Shown: positions 7,535 through 15,507 of the stretch, piece by piece | How positions within the stretch are numbered: the first letter of the stretch is position 1 | Layout of the letters: each line of letters starts with the position of its first letter | Assembly (NCBI GenBank): GCA_046717345.1 | Contig: JBKJVN010000134.1 | Location: 3,070-67,069, forward strand | Origin: Candidatus Limnocylindria bacterium | GTDB taxonomy: Bacteria; Chloroflexota; Limnocylindria; QHBO01 | Length of the DNA: 64,000 nt | Direction: 5' to 3' | Notes under the pieces: model-generated | Told to the model about the DNA's origin: nothing | What the model saw: the letters and a program-made list of their open reading frames with translations, nothing else | The model's database searches: none | Translations under genes and position numbers: made by a program

Positions 7535-7838
7535 CGTCTGCCGCGCTGCCCGGCGGAGAGCGCGTCAACGTACCGGGTCGGGTGGCGGTCGAACGTCCAA
7601 ACGCTGCCCTGGAACTCCACGTCACCCGTGGGCCACGACGTGATCGGCCCCGGGGGCGGCCAGGGCTGCGGTGGCGTCCCCGTAAGCGGTCCAGGAACCC
7701 CATCGCCCCCTCCCCGGCGTGGTTGGTCGGGGGACACGATACGCCGCTGTGCTGCTCGGGCTGATCCACGCGGCGTCGCCGAGGCGCCCGCCGCCTACTA
7801 GCCGACCGACTAGGAGGCCCGGCGGGGATAGCCGCGAT

Positions 7839-8363
7839 TCATCGCCTGACCTTGCCGTCGACGATCTTGTCGTCGCTGTAGCTGTACGGACGGGATTGGT
7901 CCTCCGGCACGCGCACCTCCGTCGAAGCGCGGGCGACAGACTGCCCGGACGGGAACTCGTTGCGCTGGACCCGGAGCGCCACTTCAGCCTGCTTCGCCTC
8001 GTCCAGGAGCGTGACCGCCGCGGCATGTTGCTGCCGGAGCTCCTGCAGAAGGCCGATGTTCGGCTTGCCGCCGACGACGATGCCGCCGGCAAGGAAACGC
8101 CGGTCAGCGCCAGCAGCGGCCTTGTCGATTTCCTCCGCGAGCCCCCGCTTTTTCAATGCCACCCGCTGTACCAGCAGCGCGGCGTCCTCGATGGCCGCGT
8201 CGAAGCGCGCCAGCATGTTTCGGGTGGCCTCTGACGGGCGACGGACGCCGGTCAGACGGCGCTCGGCGACCCTCCATTCCCACGCGGTCCATGCGGGGTT
8301 CAGGAAGCCATCAGGGCCGACCTTCGGCGGCTCCTGGTCGGTGATCGTGGTCTGTTCGGTCAC
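7839..8363 (-). CDS. Hypothetical protein (island, downstream of the TerS module)
   Basis: 174 aa. GTG start is preceded by AAGGAGAT. No recognisable motif. Confidence 0.45.
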   Translation of the reverse strand: MTEQTTITDQEPPKVGPDGFLNPAWTAWEWRVAERRLTGVRRPSEATRNMLARFDAAIEDAALLVQRVALKKRGLAEEIDKAAAGADRRFLAGGIVVGGKPNIGLLQELRQQHAAAVTLLDEAKQAEVALRVQRNEFPSGQSVARASTEVRVPEDQSRPYSYSDDKIVDGKVRR

Positions 8364-8380
8364 GGTGATCTCCTTATGGT

Positions 8381-8824
8381 CTACTGGAGGAGCCGGTCGC
8401 CGAGCTGGCGCCGGATTGCGTACAGGTCGTGGCGGTCATTCCCCAGCTCATCGAGCTCGATGGCGTCCGCTGTCATTCCGAGCCTCTTGGCCAGGGCCGC
8501 ATCGAGTTGGAGGCGGCCTGACAGGACGAGCTCACGCAATTTCTGATTGAAGCGGTTGCGCTTGTCGAGCTGCGCGCGGGCCCAGTCCCAGATCTCGCCG
8601 GACTTGACGTCCACGACTTCGCCGAGCCGGTCGGGGCCCATCTTTGTGCCCGGTGGGGTCCAGAGCAGGTCCTCGGGCTCCCAGCTGGCGACCGCGGGGT
8701 GCGGGACCCAGCCGACGACGCTCAGGCCGTCAGGGAGGAGCATCGCGGTTCGGGTGAAGCGGGCCGGGTAGACGCCGCTGACGCTGCGCGGCACGGTCGG
8801 GTCGTATTGAGGTCTGTAAGTCAT
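8381..8824 (-). CDS. Hypothetical protein (island)
   Basis: 147 aa. ATG preceded by AGGAGCACCTG. Confidence 0.45.
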   Translation of the reverse strand: MTYRPQYDPTVPRSVSGVYPARFTRTAMLLPDGLSVVGWVPHPAVASWEPEDLLWTPPGTKMGPDRLGEVVDVKSGEIWDWARAQLDKRNRFNQKLRELVLSGRLQLDAALAKRLGMTADAIELDELGNDRHDLYAIRRQLGDRLLQ

Positions 8825-8833
8825 CAGGTGCTC

Positions 8834-9271
8834 CTAACTCTTGAGGCGACGCGCGAAACGCGACGCGAATCCGACTGCGGCCGCCTCGTCGGCGGCTACA
8901 TCCGCGGTATAGGTGCGGCTTGACGGCCACGCCGTGCCGTAGGCGGCGTGCCAGGCGGCGTGGGCGCATTCGTGGGCCACGGTCTCGGCCAGCGCGGCGC
9001 GGTCCAGGTCGGCGCTGACCCAAATCTCACCTGGCCGCCACGACCGAAACTCCCCGTGGAGTTGCTGGTCATCGCTCCACGCTCGGAGGCTCCACAAAGC
9101 AGGCTTCTCGGCCCGAACGAAGAACTTGACCGTCGGCGTGGCGATGCCCAGCTCCGCAGCGGCCAGGCGCGCGATGTTCTCCGCGTAAATGCGGATCAGG
9201 CTGCCTGGTCCGGTGGGGATTTGGAGGTACTCGATGCGCTTCGTGGCGGTCGGCATGGGATCTTCCTTCAC
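8834..9271 (-). CDS. HExxH zinc-metallopeptidase-like protein (SprT-like / ImmA-like motif)
   Basis: 145 aa with ...LAETVAHECAHAAWHAAYG... (HExxH) near the C-terminus. Confidence 0.5.
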   Translation of the reverse strand: MKEDPMPTATKRIEYLQIPTGPGSLIRIYAENIARLAAAELGIATPTVKFFVRAEKPALWSLRAWSDDQQLHGEFRSWRPGEIWVSADLDRAALAETVAHECAHAAWHAAYGTAWPSSRTYTADVAADEAAAVGFASRFARRLKS

Positions 9272-9627
9272 TTGGTCAGGACGGCGGCCCGCCAGGCCCA
9301 GCGGCCCGGCTCCCGTTCCGTGGCCGCTTCGGCGCGGATGGTGTCGGCCTCAGCCGGCGATAGCTCGCCCGAGTCGATGAGGAACCGCAGCCGCGCGGAG
9401 GCGCGGGAGACGTAGGCGGCGTCTTCGCGGAGGTGGCAATACAGGTCGATGCCCGGCGATTCGGCCAGGTCAGGTCGGGTGGACTCGAAGAGCCACCACG
9501 AGTAGGGCCGTAGGCCGAGCCCGGTGACCATCCACGACGCGATCGCCTCCTGGCGCTGATCGGCCCACTGGCGCGCCTCATTGAGGTCGCGATTCGTCCG
9601 TCGCCGGCTGCGCCTCATCCGTGCCAC
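9268..9627 (-). CDS. Hypothetical protein (island)
   Basis: 119 aa. Overlaps its neighbours by 4 and 13 nt, suggesting operon coupling. Confidence 0.4.
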   Translation of the reverse strand: MARMRRSRRRTNRDLNEARQWADQRQEAIASWMVTGLGLRPYSWWLFESTRPDLAESPGIDLYCHLREDAAYVSRASARLRFLIDSGELSPAEADTIRAEAATEREPGRWAWRAAVLTK

Positions 9628-9971
9628 CTCGACGGTGCGCGGCTGATGGCCGGCGCTTCGAGGTCCAGGCCGAGCTCGCGGAGGGCCCGCATGTGGAGCG
9701 TGGTCGCATCGCGGGCCATCGCGACGGCGGGGTTCGGTTTCAGACCGAATCGGCCGTCGATCAGGATCCCGTACTTGGCGATCGCCGCCTGAGCGGCCCG
9801 GAGACGGTCGAGCTGCTCACACGCCCGCTCGAGGATGGCCAGGTGGTGCGCCTCGAGGGTGTAGTCGGTGGTCACGTCGCGCCACAGGCGTCGAGCCTCA
9901 GTCGAGAGGGTCTTCGGAGCCGGCGGAATGGTCACCGCGACGGGCTGGCGAACCGTTGCGGCTCTACTCAT
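9615..9971 (-). CDS. terS: Phage terminase small subunit, P27 family
   Basis: 118 aa. LSTEARRLWRDV...LEAHHLAILERACEQLDRLRAAQAAIAKYGILIDGRFGLKPNPAVAMARDATTLHMRALRELGLDLEAP matches the P27 TerS pattern (LS.EA...W......L.......L...C.....EA...I...G.....G..K.NP.......A......ELGLTP). Confidence 0.7.
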   Translation of the reverse strand: MSRAATVRQPVAVTIPPAPKTLSTEARRLWRDVTTDYTLEAHHLAILERACEQLDRLRAAQAAIAKYGILIDGRFGLKPNPAVAMARDATTLHMRALRELGLDLEAPAISRAPSRWHG

Positions 9972-10089
9972 GGTCGGTCCGGTGGTACCGATTCAACGGG
10001 CACCACGCATGTTGCGAATGCGGTAGGCCGGGGTGACGGCGCGACCGCCCCGCTGGTGATCCGATGCCGCCTGCCATACAGACCCCTGG

Positions 10090-11460
10090 TCACGCCGGCA
10101 CCCCCTCATCGAATGCCCAGTCCGCAGCCACCCGTTCGGCAACTGGCTCGCTGTGGTCAGGGTCCGTGGCACAGATATCGCAGCGCCAGGCGTCGCCGAC
10201 CTTGCGATGGCTGAGCTGGTGAGCCGAGTAGTCCTGACAGACGACGGTCGGACTTGAGGACACCGCCCGGAGCCCCGTCGCGTGCCCGTTACCGCTCCCC
10301 CCTGCTACGGGCCTTTCACCCGCTACCTTGCTACCGGCACGCTCAGTTTCGTGCTCAGTCGTAGCGGGGTAGCGAGTTAGAGGGGTCTCTGCGGGGGGAG
10401 AGAGGTAGCGGCTGAAGGCGTCGGTGAACTGGTCCGCCGGGTACCCCCGGACGTTGACCCCGTTGACCTTCATCTGCCGGGCACGGATGCGATATGGGCG
10501 AAGCAGATAGGCGAGCCCCTCCGCTTTCAGTGGGCGCCCGTGGCGGTAGTCTTCCGCCCAAGGCCGCTCTTCGAGAGCATGCAGCGCGTCGAGCAGCTCA
10601 GACGTCGGGATCCGTTCCGTCGCCTTCTCCGCGAGGACGTCCCGGATATCCGACAGCACCATGACCGATCGGCTCTCGTCTTCCACTTCGGCCGACCCTG
10701 CGAGAGTCAATGCGGCCTTGCGAGCGCGTGCCGGCCAATCCGCGCCCGCGGCGTCGGCCAGGGCCAGCAGCGGCTCCCAGCTATCGGCGGCGCGGTCATC
10801 GAGTGCATCGGGCACGTCGACCAGCTCGGGGAGGGTCAGGTCTACTAGCGATTCCCACCATTCGCGGACCGCCGTCGCCTCCAGCTCGGCGACACGGAAC
10901 CGGAACCGCTCTAGTGGCTCGTGGCGGGCACGACGCTGGAGGGAGATGACGACGGCCCGATCCTGGATCGTGTCGGGCAAGCGACCGATGCTGGCGACGG
11001 CTTTGGGGCAGTAGCAGTCAAAGCTTTCGACGCGCATCTTCTTTCCGTCGCCAACGACTCGATAGAACGGCACGCCGCGGCGGTACCCGTTATTCAGCAG
11101 ACCGCGGATATCCTCCGAGGCGTCCGATCCGCGCTTGTTGAAGATCGTGTCGGCTTCATCCAGAAGCAGGGTCGGGTGGCGCTCGTCGATGATGCGGAAC
11201 AGCGCGGCCAACGATGCGCCGGCCATCGGAACCGGCCCCCGGACAATCAGGCGCAGAGCCTCCAGGCACCTACTCTTGCCGGACCGTTTCTCGGGCGACT
11301 GAACCAGGAGATAGGCCGTCGTGTCGCCCTGGTCGAACAGCCAGGTATGGCCGACCCACAGCGCGACGGCATCGGCCTGCTCGGCATTAGCGAAGACGAC
11401 ATAACGGCGCAGGAAAGTGGCCGTGGCGTCGAGGGATTGGGCGGCGTCGGATCGAGTCAT
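10090..11460 (-). CDS. DUF3631-family P-loop NTPase (replication/primase-associated protein of actinobacterial integrated elements) with a C-terminal Cys-rich tail
   Basis: 456 aa. The N-terminus MTRSDAAQSLDATATFLRRYVVFANAEQADAVALWVGHTW is the typical DUF3631 start. Walker A is SPEKRSGKSR and Walker B is TLLLDEADT. The C-terminus has CQDY..H..H......C..C motifs. Confidence 0.65.
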   Translation of the reverse strand: MTRSDAAQSLDATATFLRRYVVFANAEQADAVALWVGHTWLFDQGDTTAYLLVQSPEKRSGKSRCLEALRLIVRGPVPMAGASLAALFRIIDERHPTLLLDEADTIFNKRGSDASEDIRGLLNNGYRRGVPFYRVVGDGKKMRVESFDCYCPKAVASIGRLPDTIQDRAVVISLQRRARHEPLERFRFRVAELEATAVREWWESLVDLTLPELVDVPDALDDRAADSWEPLLALADAAGADWPARARKAALTLAGSAEVEDESRSVMVLSDIRDVLAEKATERIPTSELLDALHALEERPWAEDYRHGRPLKAEGLAYLLRPYRIRARQMKVNGVNVRGYPADQFTDAFSRYLSPPAETPLTRYPATTEHETERAGSKVAGERPVAGGSGNGHATGLRAVSSSPTVVCQDYSAHQLSHRKVGDAWRCDICATDPDHSEPVAERVAADWAFDEGVPA

Positions 11461-11846
11461 TCAGGCCACCGGCTCAGAAGCCCTCGTGCCTCCCCGTGAC
11501 GACGATATGCGTCCCGACTTTCGAGCAGCCGAGTTACTCGCCACAGCCAAGCTTCGGCCCTGACGCTCCAGGGTGCGTAGCGGTCGGACGGGACATCGAG
11601 GCCAGCGGCACGGGCGGCCGCTCGAACGTCCTCAATGGCCAGAAACAAACGGCGTCGGGCTCGCGCCTCGGGGTCGGTCACAAGGGCACCCGTTCGCTGC
11701 GGCACCTGGCGGCCAACCGGAGGGCCCAAGCGGCCTCTCGCGGAGCGTCGACGTCGACCGCGGGCGGTATCAACTCGAGGCACCGGGCTCCGCTGGTCAG
11801 ATAGATTTCGGCGCGAAGGCGCTGCCGAGCCGCGTACGCGACCCAC
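11457..11846 (-). CDS. Hypothetical protein (Arg-rich N-terminus; the true start may be internal)
   Basis: ORF fills the gap between the Xis-like gene and the DUF3631 gene. Its stop overlaps the downstream start (ATGA). Confidence 0.3.
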   Translation of the reverse strand: MGRVRGSAAPSRRNLSDQRSPVPRVDTARGRRRRSARGRLGPPVGRQVPQRTGALVTDPEARARRRLFLAIEDVRAAARAAGLDVPSDRYAPWSVRAEAWLWRVTRLLESRDAYRRHGEARGLLSRWPE

Positions 11847-11861
11847 GATTCGCCGCGCGGT

Positions 11862-12134
11862 CTATGCTGCGGGGCGGTGGTCGGTCGTGGTCGTAACACG
11901 ATTCGATCCTTGGGCGCTCGCCTTCAGCGGGGCGGGCGCCCTCTTTGTTTCGGCCTGCGGCTCGTCGGCGAGGAACCGCTCAACGGAGCGGCGCGGCACG
12001 CGAATCGACCGTCCGACCCGGACGCCCCACAATTCGCCTGACTGGACGAGCGCGTAGGCGGCGTTCCGGCCCACGCGAAGCAGCTTCGCCACTTCAGTGA
12101 CGGTCAGAACGTCGGGTGCATCCGCGATGGTCAT
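11862..12134 (-). CDS. xis: Excisionase-family / AlpA-like helix-turn-helix DNA-binding protein
   Basis: 90 aa. LTVTEVAKLLRVGRNAAYALVQSGELWGVRVGRSIRVPRRSVERFL is the classical excisionase-type HTH_17 signature. Confidence 0.65.
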   Translation of the reverse strand: MTIADAPDVLTVTEVAKLLRVGRNAAYALVQSGELWGVRVGRSIRVPRRSVERFLADEPQAETKRAPAPLKASAQGSNRVTTTTDHRPAA

Positions 12135-12396
12135 GCAACGGCCGGTGCCCGTTCTGCCCGCCGTGGCGTTCGACGCTGGGCCACCAGTCCGGTGAGCAGC
12201 CGTCCGTAAGCCACCGCCGGCTCACCATGCGGGACCCGCTCACCATTCTCCCAGCGGAGGATCGTTCCCGGCGAAACGCCCACGCTCTTTGCCACTTCGC
12301 CGAGCGATAGCCCGGCGTTCAGTCGAATCGGCCGAGCTGCTCCCGTTCCGACCAGAGCCCGGACGCGGGCCAGCTCCTGGAGAGTCTCGATGTCCA
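12131..12396 (-). CDS. XRE-family HTH transcriptional regulator (candidate island repressor)
   Basis: IRLNAGLSLGEVAKSVGVSPGTILRWENGERVP is the XRE/Cro HTH. The start was chosen at MDIETLQ (88 aa). A longer ORF extends to 12451. Confidence 0.6.
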
Positions 12397-12423
12397 TGGG
12401 TGGCACACTACCCGATGCGGGCA

Positions 12424-12437
12424 CCTTTGTGCAAAGG
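12424..12437. promoter_or_regulatory. Perfect inverted repeat CCTTTG-TG-CAAAGG in the divergent XRE / int-operon control region (candidate operator)
   Basis: Seen directly in the sequence. A TTGACA hexamer lies at 12492-12497, 30 nt upstream of the ATG at 12527, which may indicate a leaderless promoter. Confidence 0.35.
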
Positions 12438-12526
12438 GTTGGCTTATCCATTGTTTCCGACTAATCGGGAACGTTCTGCTCAGACTATGTATTGACAGAG
12501 CATGCCCGCAGCGTCACCATGCCCCC

Positions 12527-13045
12527 ATGACGCCAGACGGCCCGCCGAACCCAAGCGTAGAAGAGGACTGGGGTACCTGGGAGGATGACACTGGAACGCG
12601 ACGGCCCTACATCCTTCGCTGGCGCTTCGTCGGAGACCGTTTCATGTGCTACTCCGTCGAGTTGCAGTCGACCGAGGACCAACCGATCACCGCGGCCCTG
12701 CTCCGCAAGTTTCCAGTCGGCGAGCTGATGGCTAGCGCCCGGCGCCACCACAAGGATCTCGAGCGGTGGATTGCGGAGTCGATTCCTGAGCAGCGTACTG
12801 AGGCGCTCGAACGTGCTGAGGCCTGGGAGGGGTCCATGGCCGGCCGGTCCGGGCCGAAAGGGTACGGCGCCGCCCACTTCGCGGAGGTGGCGGTCATCTA
12901 TCGGGAAGAGGCAATGCGGGGCAACAAGCCGACCCAGGCGGTTGCCGACCACTTCGTCGTGAGCAAGTCGGCGGCTGCGAAGTGGGTCGCCCGCGCACGC
13001 ACCATGGGCCTGTTGCCCGCGGCGCAGAAAGGGAAGGCCGGATGA
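12527..13045 (+). CDS. Hypothetical protein with a C-terminal HTH. First gene of the rightward int operon.
   Basis: 172 aa. C-terminal ..KPTQAVADHFVVSKSAAAKWVARARTMGLL.. is helix-turn-helix-like. Its stop overlaps the integrase ATG (ATGA). Confidence 0.45.
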   Translation: MTPDGPPNPSVEEDWGTWEDDTGTRRPYILRWRFVGDRFMCYSVELQSTEDQPITAALLRKFPVGELMASARRHHKDLERWIAESIPEQRTEALERAEAWEGSMAGRSGPKGYGAAHFAEVAVIYREEAMRGNKPTQAVADHFVVSKSAAAKWVARARTMGLLPAAQKGKAG

Positions 13046-14238
13046 GACAAGGCCGAGTGTTCCGACGCTGCACAAAGTGCGGCAGCGCCGTCCAGGAGCG
13101 CCACTGCCAGCGATGCGGCTCCGACCGCGCGACGTGGAGCTACATGGTCGATATCGGCCCGTCAGGGGCGACCCGCGACCAGCGCAGCCGGGGCGGCTTC
13201 CCGACGAAGGCTGAGGCGATCGCCGCGATGCACGGGCTCCAGGCGGCAGCCGCATCCGGCAGCTTTGTCGAGCCGTCGCGCCGGACTGTCGCCCACTACC
13301 TAGCCGAGTGGCTCCAGGCCGTCCGGCCGCCACTCGTCCGAGGCGGGACCTGGCGCGGCTACGAGCTCAACGTTCGCCGGCACCTCGTCCCGCGGCTCGG
13401 TGGCGTGCCGCTCCAGCAGCTCACCAGGGCGACGGTGAAGGCCGCCTACCAGGATCTCGCCCTCCATGGCTCCCCTACTGGCCGCCCGCTGAACCCGAAG
13501 ACGGTCCACAACATCCACCTGACGCTGAGAAAGGCGCTCAGGGATGCCGTTGAGGACCGACTCTTGTCACACAACTCGGCGGACGGTGCCCATCGGCTCC
13601 ACGCCGACCGCCCGGAGATGCGGACCTGGACCGCGGAGCAGGTATCAGCCTTCCTGACTGCCGTGGCCGACCGTGACGACTTTGCGCTCTGGCGCCTGGC
13701 AGCCACCACGGGGATGCGGCGCGGGGAGCTGGTCGGCGTGCGTCGAACCGATATCGACCTCGAGGCCGGCACCGTTCAGGTTCAGCAGCAGCGGGTCCGG
13801 GGCATGAGCGGCTACACCTACGGCCCACCGAAGACGGCCCGCGGCCGGCGCTCCATTCCGATTGACTCTGGCACGATCGCAGCCCTGCGCGCCCACCTAC
13901 GCGCCCAGGGCGTCATCCGGCCAGCTTTCGGCCTTGGCTACCAGGATGCCGGCCTCGTGTTCGCGCGGGCCGATGGGACGCCTCTGGATCCGGATTCGGT
14001 AAGCGGGGCGTTCGAGCAGATCGTGCGGCGGCTCGGGCTGCCGGTCATCCGGCTCCACGATCTCAGACACACCCACGCGACGCTCGCGCTCGCGGCGGGC
14101 GTGCATCCGAAGGTGGTACAGGAACGGCTGGGCCACTCCAGCGTGACTATGACCCTGGACCTCTACTCGCATTCGGTGCCTGGCATGCAGGCCGATGCGG
14201 CGGATCGGATCGCGGCCCTGATCGACGCCGCTGGGTAA
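13042..14238 (+). CDS. int: Tyrosine-type site-specific integrase with an N-terminal zinc-ribbon plus an AP2-like arm-binding domain
   Basis: N-terminal CTKCGSAVQERHCQRCG. Catalytic core carries R (GMRRGEL), HDLRHTHAT (HxxR) and a TLDLYSH tyrosine. It ends 82 nt from the intact tRNA-Arg. Confidence 0.85.
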   Translation: MRQGRVFRRCTKCGSAVQERHCQRCGSDRATWSYMVDIGPSGATRDQRSRGGFPTKAEAIAAMHGLQAAAASGSFVEPSRRTVAHYLAEWLQAVRPPLVRGGTWRGYELNVRRHLVPRLGGVPLQQLTRATVKAAYQDLALHGSPTGRPLNPKTVHNIHLTLRKALRDAVEDRLLSHNSADGAHRLHADRPEMRTWTAEQVSAFLTAVADRDDFALWRLAATTGMRRGELVGVRRTDIDLEAGTVQVQQQRVRGMSGYTYGPPKTARGRRSIPIDSGTIAALRAHLRAQGVIRPAFGLGYQDAGLVFARADGTPLDPDSVSGAFEQIVRRLGLPVIRLHDLRHTHATLALAAGVHPKVVQERLGHSSVTMTLDLYSHSVPGMQADAADRIAALIDAAG

Positions 14239-14269
14239 TCCGTGAGCATTCTGTGAGCATTCGGCTCAC
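14236..14269. repeat. Right copy of the 23-bp TAATCCGTGAGCATTCTGTGAGC repeat, plus an inverted GCTCAC hexamer 11 bp further on
   Basis: GTGAGC-attct-GTGAGC-attcg-GCTCAC at helical (11-bp) spacing. It overlaps the int stop codon. Confidence 0.4.
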
Positions 14270-14302
14270 CGGAGACACCGAACCGGCCCCGCCTAGGGCC
14301 GG

Positions 14303-14368
14303 TTTCGTGCGTGAATGGGTGGCGTGCCCGAGAGGACTCGAACCTCCGACCTTTAGGTCCGCAACCTA
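14303..14368. repeat. Right copy of the 66-bp att direct repeat (the 3' half of the intact tRNA-Arg plus flank)
   Basis: See 4324-4389. Confidence 0.75.
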
Positions 14369-14395
14369 ACGCTCTATCCGCTGAGCTACGGGCAC
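14320..14395 (-). tRNA. tRNA-Arg, anticodon read as GCG (G37, encoded CCA)
   Basis: Reverse complement GTGCCCG-TA-GCTC-AGCGGATA-GAGC-G-TTAGG-TTGCGGA-CCTAA-AGGTC-GGAGG-TTCGAGT-CCTCT-CGGGCAC-G-CCA folds as a canonical 76-nt cloverleaf. Confidence 0.8.
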
Positions 14396-14406
14396 CCGCC
14401 GCAAGC

Positions 14407-14498
14407 TGGCGGAGAGGGAGGGATTCGAACCCTCGGAAGAGGAAATCCCCTTCAACGGTTTAGCAAACCGCCGCACTAGGCCACTATGCGACCTCTCC
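14407..14498 (-). tRNA. tRNA-Ser (anticodon GCT), long variable arm, encoded CCA
   Basis: Reverse complement GGAGAGG-TC-GCAT-AGTGGCCTAGT-GCG-G-CGGTT-TGCTAAA-ACCGT-(long arm)-GAGGG-TTCGAAT-CCCTC-CCTCTCC-G-CCA. Confidence 0.8.
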
Positions 14499-14608
14499 GG
14501 AAGCGGCGCCGATGATAGCATCAGCTCCTCTGGAACCGACCTCCGACGGCCGGCCCGTACACGCCTCGCGAACGGCCGCTAACCGCCCCGCAATCGAGAC
14601 ACAGACCT

Positions 14609-15484
14609 GTGACGCGCCTACTCATCATCGGTAATCCCGTACCTGCCAGCCCGGCCGAAGCGGTCCAGCGGGCAGCGCTGCTGGCTGCGGGTCGGGACGT
14701 TGACATCGAGCGCTGGGAGCGGAAGCCGCACCAGCTCAGCGAGGCCCTGGGAGAGGTCGTCCACCCCGAGGTGATGGGAGCCATGATCGGCTCCCCGCAC
14801 AAGGAGAAGGCCGCGTCGCTCATCGGTCTGTTGTCCGACGAAGCCCGCGCCAGCGGCGCGGTCAACGCGGCCGTCAACCAGGACGGACGCCTGCACGGGT
14901 ACAACACCGATGTGGCCGGCGTGCGCGCCGGCCTGGAGTCCATCCTGCCCGAGGGCACCGCCCGGTGGCCGCGCCAGGCGGTGCTGCTGGGTGCCGGTGG
15001 GGGTGCCCGGGCGGTGGTATCGGTCCTGCTCGAGAGCGGGTTTGGCCGGATCGCCGTTTTCAACCGCCATCTGCACCGGGCCGAGGCGGTCGTCGCCCAC
15101 TTCGATCGCGTGTCGCGCGAGACGGACCTCCGGGCCCTGCCCTGGCACGAGACGATCATCGAGGCGGAGCTGTCCAAGGCTCGCCTGTTGGTGAACGCCT
15201 CAGGCGTTGGCGCCGATACCGACGCGAGCCCGATCTCCGCAGCGCTGTTGCCGTATGAGCTGTACGTCCTGGACCTGGTGCTGAACCGGTCCGAGACGCC
15301 GCTCATGCGGGAGGCGGCGGCGCGGGACGGGATTGTCGCCAACGGTCAGGGCTCGTTCCTGGTGGCCCAAGCGGCGGCTTTCCAGCTGTGGACCGGCGAG
15401 GACGCGCCGTCCGACGTGATGCGGACCGCCCTGGCGGACCACCTGGGCCTCCCCGAAGAGGGGCTCGCCGTCGTCGGCGACTGA
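14609..15484 (+). CDS. aroE: Shikimate dehydrogenase
   Basis: 291 aa. NTDVAGV and VLLGAGGGARAV (NADP-binding) blocks. Confidence 0.8.
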   Translation: MTRLLIIGNPVPASPAEAVQRAALLAAGRDVDIERWERKPHQLSEALGEVVHPEVMGAMIGSPHKEKAASLIGLLSDEARASGAVNAAVNQDGRLHGYNTDVAGVRAGLESILPEGTARWPRQAVLLGAGGGARAVVSVLLESGFGRIAVFNRHLHRAEAVVAHFDRVSRETDLRALPWHETIIEAELSKARLLVNASGVGADTDASPISAALLPYELYVLDLVLNRSETPLMREAAARDGIVANGQGSFLVAQAAAFQLWTGEDAPSDVMRTALADHLGLPEEGLAVVGD

Positions 15485-15507
15485 GTCGCTCCGGCGGCCG
15501 GACCGTG

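Larger units (their letters stand above)
4324..14368. mobile_element. Integrated element of about 10 kb in the 3' end of tRNA-Arg, with phage-satellite-like (PICI-like) gene content. It has integrase, Xis-like, XRE, DUF3631 replication protein and a lone P27 TerS, plus cargo.
   Basis: 66-bp direct repeats sit at both ends and the intact tRNA lies at the integrase-proximal end. Tyrosine integrase lies at 13042-14238. There are no capsid, portal, large-terminase or conjugation genes. Confidence 0.65.

Noticed and set aside
7294-7838. ORFs in the roughly 300-bp gap between the lipoprotein gene and ORF 7839-8363
   Set aside because: Their translations are Pro/Gly/Arg low-complexity. The region is more likely non-coding. 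I looked for, but could not establish, a cos site or ncRNA here.
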